A stretch of DNA of 64,000 nucleotides from Candidatus Woesearchaeota archaeon (GTDB lineage Archaea; Nanobdellota; Nanobdellia; Woesearchaeales; UBA583): the NCBI GenBank assembly GCA_965205335.1, contig OZ242164.1:552713-616712 (forward strand), in the 5' to 3' direction. The notes beneath the pieces are model-generated. The model was not told the DNA's origin, ran no database searches, and was given only the letters and a program-made list of their open reading frames with translations. Below, piece after piece: positions 19,618 through 28,678 of the stretch. Each line of letters starts with the position of its first letter. Within the stretch, counting starts at the first letter, position 1. The translations under genes were made by a program, and so were the position numbers.

Positions 19618-20406
19618 ATGAAACGAAAAATATTTTTAATACTATTATTTTTGATTGGTCTTTCAGCAGGAGTTTATGGTGATAGTGCGGGAGATGAACG
19701 TATGGAAATAATGGGAATTACCCTAAGCTATTTTAGTGGAGAATTTGAAATTAAAGATGTTTACATTATTACTGGATTTCCAAGTAAAGAACTCGAGTTT
19801 CCAACACATACTCTTAGTGTACTCAATAAGAAAGAAAAGAGCCTTTACTCTGTTAAATTCTCAATAGAAGATGTGTATTTTTCCCCGCCTGAGGAACATT
19901 GGTTTGATGAAGATGGAAATCAGATTTACATCCCAGAATTTGTAGAACAGGAAATCAGTCAAATTATTTTTGTTCCATACTTAAAAGATGGATACTACAT
20001 AACTGTTGAAGATTTGGAGGGAAATGAACTTCTAAGGGATGAAATAAAAAAATGGTTTGGAATTATCAGCGATGATATAAAGTATGAGATAAAACTAGAT
20101 AAAGAAAATAATATTAAAGATAACATATTATATGAGAATGTGGATGTACAAGAATATGAATTGGATAAGAGGGATAGTATAGAAAAGAATGAACCAGACA
20201 AGGAAGAAGATAATGACAAGGATTATGGACAGAATGAAAAAAATGATATTGAAAATAAAGGATTGAACGAGAAAGATAAAATAGAAGAAAACGAAAAAGG
20301 GGGGAAAATAGTGATGTGGTTTTTCCTGATTTCAATTATAATAATTGTTGTATACACAATTGGAATTCTGTATCTTACACATATTAATAAAAAACATAGG
20401 ACTTAA
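19618..20406 (+). CDS. Secreted acidic protein with C-terminal TM anchor, co-transcribed with the M64-like gene
   Basis: Signal peptide MKRKIFLILLFLIGLSAGVYG, Asp/Glu/Lys-rich tail, C-terminal TM MWFFLISIIIIVVYTIGILYL; starts 2 nt after the upstream stop. Confidence 0.5.
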   Translation: MKRKIFLILLFLIGLSAGVYGDSAGDERMEIMGITLSYFSGEFEIKDVYIITGFPSKELEFPTHTLSVLNKKEKSLYSVKFSIEDVYFSPPEEHWFDEDGNQIYIPEFVEQEISQIIFVPYLKDGYYITVEDLEGNELLRDEIKKWFGIISDDIKYEIKLDKENNIKDNILYENVDVQEYELDKRDSIEKNEPDKEEDNDKDYGQNEKNDIENKGLNEKDKIEENEKGGKIVMWFFLISIIIIVVYTIGILYLTHINKKHRT

Positions 20407-20489
20407 TTCCTGCTCTAAAATATTTGAGTGGTATACTCAGATGATATTAAGGCAGATTTAATTAAGAGAATAAAAAAAATTAAACTGAA

Positions 20490-20861
20490 TTAAACCAACA
20501 CACCATATAAAGTAGCATTCTGCCCGGGTCTTGATGTAATCCTTACATCTCCCTTATCGGTTTTAACAATTGCACCCTTCGTTATAATATTACGTCTTGT
20601 ATAATTAATATTTGAAGGATTTGACACTACGCTTTCAATCTTAGCTTTTACTATTTTATTATCCTTGTTAATGCACACAATATTATGCGATAACAATTGC
20701 CTCTTTGAATTTCCTCCAAGAGTCCTCTTAACCTTAACTCTCTTCTCCCCAATATGAGTTAGAGCAGAACTTCCGCCCAAATCAGATAATCTTTTCTTTC
20801 TAACTCCTAAGTACTTTTTTCCAGACACCTTCCTCTTTGATCTAAATTGAGATCTTGCCAT
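20490..20861 (-). CDS. rps8e: Ribosomal protein S8e
   Basis: MARSQFRSKRKVSGKKY...RRNIITKGAIVKTD...RITSRPGQNATLYGVLV aligns well with archaeal S8e. Confidence 0.85.
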   Translation of the reverse strand: MARSQFRSKRKVSGKKYLGVRKKRLSDLGGSSALTHIGEKRVKVKRTLGGNSKRQLLSHNIVCINKDNKIVKAKIESVVSNPSNINYTRRNIITKGAIVKTDKGDVRITSRPGQNATLYGVLV

Positions 20862-21440
20862 TTACCTTAACCTCCTATTATTTGCCCTTAGCGAAGGTCT
20901 TCCCTTCTCAGTTCCAGAACCCCTCTTTCTAAGCCCTCTTGCCTTATTCCCAGCAGACGTTAAACCTCTTGATGCTCTCTTTGTATGCTTATTTAACACA
21001 ATCCAACTTATATCCTTATCAGCCAAAATCTGAGTATGATAAACATCAACTAAAATAACCTCATACCAATAATACTTCTCATCATCCCCAACCCAATATG
21101 AATTCAAAACCTCTAAATTAGGAAATCTCCTTGCAACTCTTTCCTCAGAAATCCACTTATAATTCTTACTCTGGGCAATCCTTGTTGAAAGATTCCCTCC
21201 ATCTCTTCCTCCCATTATTCGAGGATTCTTTGAACCTGAGCGAATAACTCTTACTCTAACAACAACAAACCCCTGCTTTGCTTTATATCCTAAAGATCTT
21301 GCTCTATCAATTCTGGTCGGATAATCAACTCTAACAATTGCTCTCTCTCTTCTCCAATGAACTAAATTCTCCTTATAAGAATCCCTAATATTCTTTCTGG
21401 GCTGTTCCCATGCTTTCTTAATATACTTTAAATATCCCAT
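20862..21440 (-). CDS. rpl15e: Ribosomal protein L15e
   Basis: MGYLKYIKKAWEQPRKN...YKAKQGFVVVRVRV... is typical of L15e; adjacent to S8e. Confidence 0.85.
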   Translation of the reverse strand: MGYLKYIKKAWEQPRKNIRDSYKENLVHWRRERAIVRVDYPTRIDRARSLGYKAKQGFVVVRVRVIRSGSKNPRIMGGRDGGNLSTRIAQSKNYKWISEERVARRFPNLEVLNSYWVGDDEKYYWYEVILVDVYHTQILADKDISWIVLNKHTKRASRGLTSAGNKARGLRKRGSGTEKGRPSLRANNRRLR

Positions 21441-21583
21441 TTTGAACTATGAAATCATGATAACAAGAAATACAAAAATCTTATCACCAATCTTTCGAAA
21501 AGGTGCTTTAAGTCATGTAACCTGCTACGATCTTATGTCCTCATCGTCAATTAGAATTTATGACTATAAAAAACAAATAAAGG

Positions 21584-21784
21584 ATGTTTTATAAAGATTA
21601 TTATGCTACACAGATTATGGCAGAAGATAATACAATTAATGTTAAAGACTTGGATTTGATTGATGAGGCATACGACAGAGTAGATGTCTTAGTTGAAATA
21701 CTTGATAAAAAAGGAATTATAAGCAAAAAAGAATATGAAACAAAACTAAACCAATTTCTTGATGAAAAATATTCTAAAAATTAA
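21584..21784 (+). CDS. Hypothetical small protein
   Basis: 66-aa ORF. Confidence 0.3.
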   Translation: MFYKDYYATQIMAEDNTINVKDLDLIDEAYDRVDVLVEILDKKGIISKKEYETKLNQFLDEKYSKN

Positions 21785-21814
21785 ACTCTGAAATACTTGT
21801 AAAGATTTATCCCA

Positions 21815-22729
21815 TTAATTCTTATCCTTCTTATTATTAAGCCACCACAAAAGCACGCTTGAATTCATGCACCAAGTTGAAATAAAATCAACAACTAAAC
21901 CAATAACTAATATTAAAGCAATCTCAAAAATAACATCAGAATTAGTTATAATAAGAGCACAAATACCTGCAAGCAATGTTGTAACAGACATCAAAACACC
22001 AGTCTTAAGCGCAAAACCTGTCTTCTCAAAATAATCATCCCCTCTCTCCTTAAACACTCTATTTGTTAAAAGAATATCAGTATCAATAGAATAACCTAAA
22101 ATCATAAGCAAAGCGCCAATCCCTGCAATTGACACCTTAAACTCCATTGCATTCAAAACTCCAACAGTCACAATCAAATCAAAAATTGCAGAAAGAACAA
22201 CAGCAATACTTGGAACGAATTCTCTAAAATAAATAAAAATAACTCCTGACATCAAAACAAGTGAAATAACTAAAATATACACTGCCTGCCTAAAAAAAGC
22301 ACCTGACAAAGTAGGACTTATAAAATTTGAAGAATAATTCTGGGAGAACTCTAATTCAATACCATACCTGTCAGAAACAAATTCCATAAGTAAATTCTCC
22401 TCTAAATCCGTATCAATTATAAAACCTGCTCTCTCGCCCTCACTTGATAAATCAGAAACCGAGAAAGAATTACCCGCAAAACTCCTCTCTAATTCTATCT
22501 GTAAAGATTGGGCAGATTCCAGTGTATCAACAGTAACCGCAGCAGACAAACCACCCTTTAAAGAAACATCCCTATAAATCGGAGTACCATCATTAGAAAC
22601 TGCAACAAATATAAAAATAATAGATAAAAAAAACAAAACCGCTGGAAGAATTAAAAATTTCTTATAATTATTCTTATAGAAGTCTAAAAAATTGAAACTA
22701 CCTTTGATTTTATGCCCTTTACTCACCAT
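21815..22729 (-). CDS. secF: SecF/SecD-family protein-export membrane protein (size fits SecF)
   Basis: N-terminal TM, periplasmic domain, C-terminal 5-6 TM with GIGALLMILGYSIDTDILLTNRVFKE. Confidence 0.6.
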   Translation of the reverse strand: MVSKGHKIKGSFNFLDFYKNNYKKFLILPAVLFFLSIIFIFVAVSNDGTPIYRDVSLKGGLSAAVTVDTLESAQSLQIELERSFAGNSFSVSDLSSEGERAGFIIDTDLEENLLMEFVSDRYGIELEFSQNYSSNFISPTLSGAFFRQAVYILVISLVLMSGVIFIYFREFVPSIAVVLSAIFDLIVTVGVLNAMEFKVSIAGIGALLMILGYSIDTDILLTNRVFKERGDDYFEKTGFALKTGVLMSVTTLLAGICALIITNSDVIFEIALILVIGLVVDFISTWCMNSSVLLWWLNNKKDKN

Positions 22730-22789
22730 AAAAAACTAATTAATACCCCATTTAAAAAGGTTTCCCGTAACCCCATTCAACTCTCTAAT

Positions 22790-23422
22790 CTAACGTTCAA
22801 AATACGTAACATCAATTGCAAAAGCCATAGCAAGTATTATCATTTTTAAATTATTATCTGATGTATTCATAAAATCAACAACAAAATTATCTGCATCAGA
22901 AATAAGTTCCTTCCCACCAGACCACTTCTTTGTAATCCTTGCAAACTCCCTATTATTTTCCATAAAATTAAATGTCCAGGGGTGAACTGCCTTTGACTCA
23001 CATATAAAAGTCTTTGAAGAATTAGACATTCTTATCTCCAATACTTTTCTCAGAAAAGTAAATTTACCCTTAACATCTGCTATAACTTCTCCCTTCTCAT
23101 TATAAATCTTCATCTTAGGCACAAAGAAATAAAAAGGTCTTTCAACCGACACACAAATATCTCTCTTATCGTCCATTACATTGATTTTCGTAGGTCTGTT
23201 TCTGCCGCCAAAATACCGAGCCGCAAAAGAACTATCCTCAAAAGCATAAGAAAAACTCCCTCCTCCCTCTGTCTGAATCTCATACTTATTTCTTGTCTCA
23301 AAGCCCGTAAAAATCTCTGCCATTTCCTTTATTTGCTTAACTATCAATTTATTATAAGGTATCTCCATACCCACTTTCATAGAAGAATATTTATAATAAT
23401 TTTCTGTCACGATATAGTACAT
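22790..23422 (-). CDS. Phospholipid scramblase-family (tubby-like fold) protein
   Basis: C-terminal ISDADNFVVDF...KMIILAMAFAIDVTYFE closely mirrors the eukaryotic PLSCR C-terminal signature FTDADNFGIQFP...KAVMIGACFLIDFMFFE. Confidence 0.6.
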   Translation of the reverse strand: MYYIVTENYYKYSSMKVGMEIPYNKLIVKQIKEMAEIFTGFETRNKYEIQTEGGGSFSYAFEDSSFAARYFGGRNRPTKINVMDDKRDICVSVERPFYFFVPKMKIYNEKGEVIADVKGKFTFLRKVLEIRMSNSSKTFICESKAVHPWTFNFMENNREFARITKKWSGGKELISDADNFVVDFMNTSDNNLKMIILAMAFAIDVTYFER

Positions 23423-23439
23423 TACATTCCAAACACCAA

Positions 23440-24480
23440 TTAAAATTCTGATTCAATGTTCACATAAGCATTTGGTTTCAAATCATTAATATCAGTTCTT
23501 GCAGAGGCTCTGTCTAAATACCCCTGCCATGCAATCATAACACCATTATCCAAAGCATACTCCATACAAAAACTATCATACTTAGCCCCTCTTTGCCGAC
23601 ACATCTCCCCTGCCATTTCTGTTAATCTCTTATTTGATGCAACCCCTCCAACAATTATCATCTCCTTTTTATTAGTATAAGCCATCGCCCTCTCGCATAT
23701 TTCCATAACCATTGCAAAGCAATTCTCCTGAAGAGAATAACACAAATCCTCTATTTCATACTTTTTAGAGTTCACCTTCTGCTTTAAATTAGAATAAATT
23801 CCTGCAAGAGATAAATTCATCCCCTTAACTGTATACGGCAATTCAACAAACTTTTCCGACTTCTTAGCCATTTCCTCAATCTTAGGACCTGCCGGAAAAC
23901 CAAAACCAATAAACCTTCCAAACGAATCAAACAAATTCCCAAGTCCTATATCCTCACTCTCACCATATATCTTATACCTCCGCGTCTCATCCTTTGCAAT
24001 AACCTGAGTATTCACACCAGAAACATACAAAAACATAGGCTCAGACATCCCCGTAAGCATCTTTCCAATTTCCAAATGAGCCTTTATATGATTTACTCCA
24101 ACAACTGGAATATTATATTTTAAAGATAAAACCTTAGCGCAAAGAGAGCCAATCTTTAACGAATTACCAATGCCAGGTCCTCTTGAAAAAGAAATCAAAT
24201 CAATATCACAAAAACCTTTCCCAATAGATTTCAAGAATTTCTTTGCCTCCTTTAAAACACAATCAAAATTTGCAACATGAAAATCAGAAAGTTTTCTTAA
24301 ATCCATTCCATCAGAAGAATCCTTAAACGAAGACTTCTCATTAAAAAGAATCTTCTTCTTAGAACAATCAACTATTCCAATTCCAAAAGTATGAGCAGTG
24401 CATTCAATCCCAAGAACTAACATAAAAAAGATAAGAACAACTAACTTATAAAATATTCCAAAGAAGATGCACAGTAACAA
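23440..24480 (-). CDS. kae1: Kae1/TsaD tRNA N6-threonylcarbamoyladenosine synthase
   Basis: GIECTAHTFGIGIVD N-terminal motif and VGVNHIKAHLEIG (metal-binding His pair); probable true start at internal Met near 24423. Confidence 0.8.
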   Translation of the reverse strand: MLLCIFFGIFYKLVVLIFFMLVLGIECTAHTFGIGIVDCSKKKILFNEKSSFKDSSDGMDLRKLSDFHVANFDCVLKEAKKFLKSIGKGFCDIDLISFSRGPGIGNSLKIGSLCAKVLSLKYNIPVVGVNHIKAHLEIGKMLTGMSEPMFLYVSGVNTQVIAKDETRRYKIYGESEDIGLGNLFDSFGRFIGFGFPAGPKIEEMAKKSEKFVELPYTVKGMNLSLAGIYSNLKQKVNSKKYEIEDLCYSLQENCFAMVMEICERAMAYTNKKEMIIVGGVASNKRLTEMAGEMCRQRGAKYDSFCMEYALDNGVMIAWQGYLDRASARTDINDLKPNAYVNIESEF

Positions 24481-24593
24481 AAGTGAATATGTTGTAGATA
24501 TGGAAATTATGTAACTTTGGAAATTGTTTTTGGATGCTATACTAAAAATTAGTGTCTGGAAAAGTTTAAAAAAAGTTTTTTTTCTTATGTTCT

Positions 24594-25721
24594 ATGGAAG
24601 AAAGAGAAAATATTTTAAAAGAGATTGAAAAAAGGGAAAAAGAGATAAAGAAATATCATGAGTTATTTTTTGGTTACCCTTGTAATGCTTGTTTTAATTA
24701 TAAAAAACTTTTTGGTTTTATGAATTATCCTATTAATAATGTTGGGGATCCTTTTGTTCCTTCTTCGTATAAACTCTCTACAAAAGACTTTGAACAAAAG
24801 GTTTTGAAATTCTTTGCAAAACTCTACAAAATTAAAGAGGATGTGTTTTGGGGATATGTTACTTCTGGAGGAACGGAAGGGAATATGTACGGATTGTTTT
24901 TAGCAAGAGAGTTATATCCTAATGGAAGACTTTATTTTTCAGAGGATTCTCATTATTCCATTCTTAAAATTGCAAAGATATTAAAGCTAAAGTATTCTAT
25001 TGTAAAGTCTCTAAACTCTAAAACTGAATGGGGAGAGATTGATGTTAAACATTTAGAGAAACTTCTAATTAAATATAAGAAATCCCCTCCAATATTAAGT
25101 TTGAATATAGGAACTACTATGAAGGGTGGGATTGATAATCTCAATGAAATTTGTGCTATTTTTAAAAGGCATAATATTAAAGAGCATTATATTCATTGTG
25201 ATGCCGCTCTTTTTGGAATGATTATTCCTTTCTTAAAGAAAACTCCTGTAATTGATTTTACTCAGCCTATTAAAAGTATTGCTATCTCAGGGCATAAGTT
25301 TATAGGCTCTCCTATTCCTTGTGGTATTGTTCTTACTAAAAAAGAGTTTGTTAAGAGAATAGAAACAAAGATAAGTTATATTGATACATTAGATACTACT
25401 CTTTCAGGTTCAAGAAATGGAATAACTCCTCTTATTTTATGGTATGCTATTAAAACAAGAAAACTTACAGGGTTTAGAAAGGAGGTTAATGCTTGTATAA
25501 AGAACTCTAAGTATCTTTATGCTTCTTTGAGGAAAATAAAATATCCTGTGAGGTTAAATGAGTTTTCAAATACTGTTGTTATTAAGAAACCTGTTGATGA
25601 GAGATTTGTAAAGAGGTGGCAACTTGCAACTCAGGGGGATTATGCTCATATTGTTGTTATGCAACATATCACAAAACAAAAAATAGATAGATTTATTTCC
25701 GAACTAAAAAAGACATTGTAG
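24594..25721 (+). CDS. PLP-dependent group II amino-acid decarboxylase (MfnA/tyrosine-aspartate decarboxylase-like)
   Basis: TSGGTEGNMYGLFLARE and SISGHKFIGSPIPCG (PLP-binding Lys in the S-x-S-G-H-K motif). Confidence 0.7.
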   Translation: MEERENILKEIEKREKEIKKYHELFFGYPCNACFNYKKLFGFMNYPINNVGDPFVPSSYKLSTKDFEQKVLKFFAKLYKIKEDVFWGYVTSGGTEGNMYGLFLARELYPNGRLYFSEDSHYSILKIAKILKLKYSIVKSLNSKTEWGEIDVKHLEKLLIKYKKSPPILSLNIGTTMKGGIDNLNEICAIFKRHNIKEHYIHCDAALFGMIIPFLKKTPVIDFTQPIKSIAISGHKFIGSPIPCGIVLTKKEFVKRIETKISYIDTLDTTLSGSRNGITPLILWYAIKTRKLTGFRKEVNACIKNSKYLYASLRKIKYPVRLNEFSNTVVIKKPVDERFVKRWQLATQGDYAHIVVMQHITKQKIDRFISELKKTL

Positions 25722-25778
25722 AGTGGTAAGTATTAGTTTCTATGTGAGTGTTAGAATTAGGGACATAATTTTGAATTC

Positions 25779-25906
25779 GGCTCTGTCCGAAAATTCAAGA
25801 GAACTTAAAATATTGTATCAGTAAAGCAATTTTTGACAAATTATTTTTTTCTTTGACTGAATATAGTTAGCATAGATTTTGGAAAAACCAATTTCCGGAC
25901 AGATGG
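25779..25906. mobile_element. MITE copy A (about 128 bp, TIR GGCTCTGTCCGAAAATT family)
   Basis: Left end ggctctgtccgaaaatt, right end ccggacagatgg (degenerate); flanked by GAATTC on both sides. Confidence 0.6.
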
Positions 25907-25914
25907 ACGAATTC

Positions 25915-26046
25915 GTGGCTCTGTCCGGAAAGTCAAGAGAGCATAAAATATTATATAAATAAAACAATTTTTGACAAATAATTTCTTTCTTTGATTGAAC
26001 ATAACTAGCATAGATTTTGAAGAAAACAATTTCAGGACAGAGCCAC
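25915..26046. mobile_element. MITE copy B (about 132 bp), tandem to copy A
   Basis: Left TIR GTGGCTCTGTCCG, right TIR CGGACAGAGCCAC, flanking GAATTC duplication (25909-25914 and 26047-26052). Confidence 0.6.
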
Positions 26047-26093
26047 GAATTCCAAAGTTTTATAAACAACTTGCTGTTAAAACTTCTTATTTA

Positions 26094-27170
26094 ATGGACC
26101 TAAAATTCGGGCTAATTAGTCTGGGGAGTACCTCCTCTAAGATGATTTTGGAAGAAGCAAAAGCTTACTTTGATGTAGTAGATAGTATTGACCTAAAAAA
26201 GATTGAAATCAAAATTAACGATAGTATATCAGTATTATATGATGGAGAATCTCTCCCTGAATATGACTGTCTATACTTTAAGGGGAGTTTTAAATACTCT
26301 ACACTTCTTTTCTCTCTCTCTGAGATCTTTAAGGATAAATGTTATATTCCTATCAGACCAAACGCTCATATAATTGCTCATAACAAATTTATGACTCATC
26401 TTCTCTTATCTTCCGATAAATCCCTTAAAATGCCTTCAACTTACTTTACAGCAAAGATTTCCGAAACTAAAGCTTTCTTAAAAACTCTTAATTATCCTAT
26501 TATTATGAAATTTCCTTCTGGAACTCATGGTAAAGGAGTTATCTTTACAGAAAGTTATTCAAGCGCCAGTTCTATGATTGATGCTTTAGATGTCTTCGAT
26601 CAGCCTGTAATCATTCAGGACTACGTTAATATAAAGTCAGATCTAAGAATTATTGTTGCAGGAGATAAAGTCGTTGGAGCTATGAGGAGGATTGCAAAAG
26701 CCGATGATGTCCGTGCAAATGCTCATGCAGGAGGCAATGCTGAACCCTATTTACCAACTCCTGATGTCAAAAGAATGTCAATTAATGCTGCAAAAAAAAT
26801 TGGAGCTGATATTTGCGGTGTAGATATTATAGAAACTGATTATGGACCTCAGATTCTTGAAGTAAATACTTCACCTGGGCTTCAGAAGATTACAGAGGTT
26901 ACAAAGAAAAACATAGCAAAGGAAATTGTTGAGTTCCTATATGAGAAAACAAAGGAAAGAAAAGAAAGAAAAGACAAAACCATTGCAAAATCAATGGTTG
27001 GAGAATTGGGAATTGATGAGATTGGAATTCGTGAACTTGAAGGAGATATTAGAATAGTTAACGGAAAAATTGTTCTGCCTGAATTTGTATCAAAGATGAG
27101 TGATTTTAGTGATGGGGAAAGCGTTAACTTAAAAGTTTCAAAAGACAGTGTAACAATTGGCAAAAACTAA
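26094..27170 (+). CDS. ATP-grasp ligase of the RimK/LysX/CofF/MptN type (amino-acid or glutamate ligase) with a C-terminal extension
   Basis: FPSGTHGKGV, IIQDYVN, DLRIIVAGDKVVGAMRRIAKADDVRANAHAGGNAEPY, ICGVDIIETDYGPQILEVNTSPGL. Start set at Met 26094, 28 nt downstream of TATA aaagttttataaa. Confidence 0.65.
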   Translation: MDLKFGLISLGSTSSKMILEEAKAYFDVVDSIDLKKIEIKINDSISVLYDGESLPEYDCLYFKGSFKYSTLLFSLSEIFKDKCYIPIRPNAHIIAHNKFMTHLLLSSDKSLKMPSTYFTAKISETKAFLKTLNYPIIMKFPSGTHGKGVIFTESYSSASSMIDALDVFDQPVIIQDYVNIKSDLRIIVAGDKVVGAMRRIAKADDVRANAHAGGNAEPYLPTPDVKRMSINAAKKIGADICGVDIIETDYGPQILEVNTSPGLQKITEVTKKNIAKEIVEFLYEKTKERKERKDKTIAKSMVGELGIDEIGIRELEGDIRIVNGKIVLPEFVSKMSDFSDGESVNLKVSKDSVTIGKN

Positions 27171-27538
27171 TCTTTCAGAACACCTTTAAGCGTTCCTGAA
27201 ACTTTAATTATTTCTATTTTTGCTGGAGTTTTATCTATTCTCTGAATCAGAGAAAGAACTCCAATTAGTTTCTCCTTTGTTCTCGTATCAACTTTTATAA
27301 CTAATTCCTGATTTTTTTCATTAAACTTATCTCTAAGAATCCAAAACCCTGATTTTGATATCTCAATACTCCCTAAAAACATTATAACCTGCGATAATAT
27401 GCTCTCTGATAGTTCCTTAAATTCAAATTTCTTATCAGAAACTATTTTTGCTCTTATGAACCTCTTCTTTGTTCTAAGCGTTGGCGAGAGAGGTTTTAGT
27501 TTTGAATCATAAGAAGCATTCTTAGTTTTATTTAACAT
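27167..27538 (-). CDS. RNase P protein subunit Pop5 (Rnp2)
   Basis: LKPLSPTLRTKKRFIRAKIVSDKKF resembles the archaeal Pop5 N-terminus (LPPTLR.KKRYI.FEV); 123 aa. Confidence 0.55.
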   Translation of the reverse strand: MLNKTKNASYDSKLKPLSPTLRTKKRFIRAKIVSDKKFEFKELSESILSQVIMFLGSIEISKSGFWILRDKFNEKNQELVIKVDTRTKEKLIGVLSLIQRIDKTPAKIEIIKVSGTLKGVLKD

Positions 27539-27669
27539 GTATTAATTCTTTATAACTGCTCTTTTATTAAAAAGCTTTGTTATATCAAAATAAGAAGACG
27601 AAAATAATTAACCTCCAAAAGTTAAACATAAATATTATAAAGCAAAGACACAAAGTTAAATTTAGCACA

Positions 27670-28584
27670 ATGGCTACAAATTCAAAGAAAAAAACAAAAC
27701 CAAAGAAAGCAACAGAGAATATGAAGGCAACAATGCATAGTGAACAGTGTGATACAATGGCTAATGGAAGTTGTTCAAGTAACATAAACACATTACTCAT
27801 AGTTTTAGTAGTGTTGGCTGTTATACAACTTATTTTCTCTGTAATGATGTTGTACCCTCAAGGCAATGATACAGATATGAACATGATGGATAAAGGTATG
27901 AATTTAGATGATTCCTTAATGAAAAAAATTGACTCAATAGAGAGCAAAGTAAATTCAATTGATAATTTCTTTGCATCAAATGTCCAAGGCTACAATCCTG
28001 GTTCAGATAATGGACAACAAGTTGCTCCTACACCAAGTGCTCCTTCTCAACCTGTTGGAGAGCCAGATATAAATGGAGAGCCAACTCTTGGAGATGCTAA
28101 TGCTCCTGTAACAATTGTTGAGTATAGTGACTATGAATGTCCTTTCTGTGCAAGATTCTACAGCCAAACTCTTGGACAGTTAAAAAAAGAATACATAGAC
28201 ACTGGGAAAGTTAAACTTGTATACAAAGATTTCCCATTAGATTTCCACCAGAATGCAAAACCTGCAGCAATTGCAGCAAACTGTGTACATAAAGAATTAG
28301 GAAATGTGAAATATTTCGAATATCACGATATGATCTTTGAGAACCAACAAAGTCTTAACACACAGAATCTTAAAAAATGGGCTCTTGAATTAGGAGTATC
28401 TGAGAATGCTTACGATACTTGTATTAATGACCCACAAATGGCAGCAGAAGTTGAGGAAGACACGAGAGAAGGAAGTTCATTTGGTGTTAGCGGAACTCCA
28501 TCATTTCTAATCAATGGAGAACTTATTGTTGGAGCTGTACCTTACAGCCAGATTAAAGCAACAATTGATAGCAAATTATCATAA
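27670..28584 (+). CDS. Membrane-anchored DsbA-like thioredoxin-fold thiol:disulfide oxidoreductase
   Basis: TM, low-complexity linker, then APVTIVEYSDYECPFCARFY (CPFC active site) ... KVKLVYKDFPL. Confidence 0.7.
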   Translation: MATNSKKKTKPKKATENMKATMHSEQCDTMANGSCSSNINTLLIVLVVLAVIQLIFSVMMLYPQGNDTDMNMMDKGMNLDDSLMKKIDSIESKVNSIDNFFASNVQGYNPGSDNGQQVAPTPSAPSQPVGEPDINGEPTLGDANAPVTIVEYSDYECPFCARFYSQTLGQLKKEYIDTGKVKLVYKDFPLDFHQNAKPAAIAANCVHKELGNVKYFEYHDMIFENQQSLNTQNLKKWALELGVSENAYDTCINDPQMAAEVEEDTREGSSFGVSGTPSFLINGELIVGAVPYSQIKATIDSKLS

Positions 28585-28678
28585 ATTCTTTTTCTTTTAA
28601 CATTTAAAAGAACACATAAATATCTAATATTATAGATTATATGAAAAGTATTATAAACAACAAATTCTCAAACTAAAT

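Noticed and set aside
21441-21583. Moderately GC-rich intergenic region upstream of L15e, considered as a small RNA or tRNA
   Set aside because: No cloverleaf or conserved ncRNA motif could be drawn. It is most likely a divergent promoter region.
25779-26046. Possible CRISPR array (repeated about 130-bp units)
   Set aside because: The units are 128-132 bp with terminal inverted repeats and target-site duplications. There is no short direct-repeat/spacer periodicity and no cas genes.
25818-26069. Track ORFs 25818-26069 and 25841-26029 (-), and the first 33 codons of ORF 25995
   Set aside because: They lie entirely within the two tandem MITEs. The ATP-grasp gene starts at Met 26094, downstream of the TATA box.
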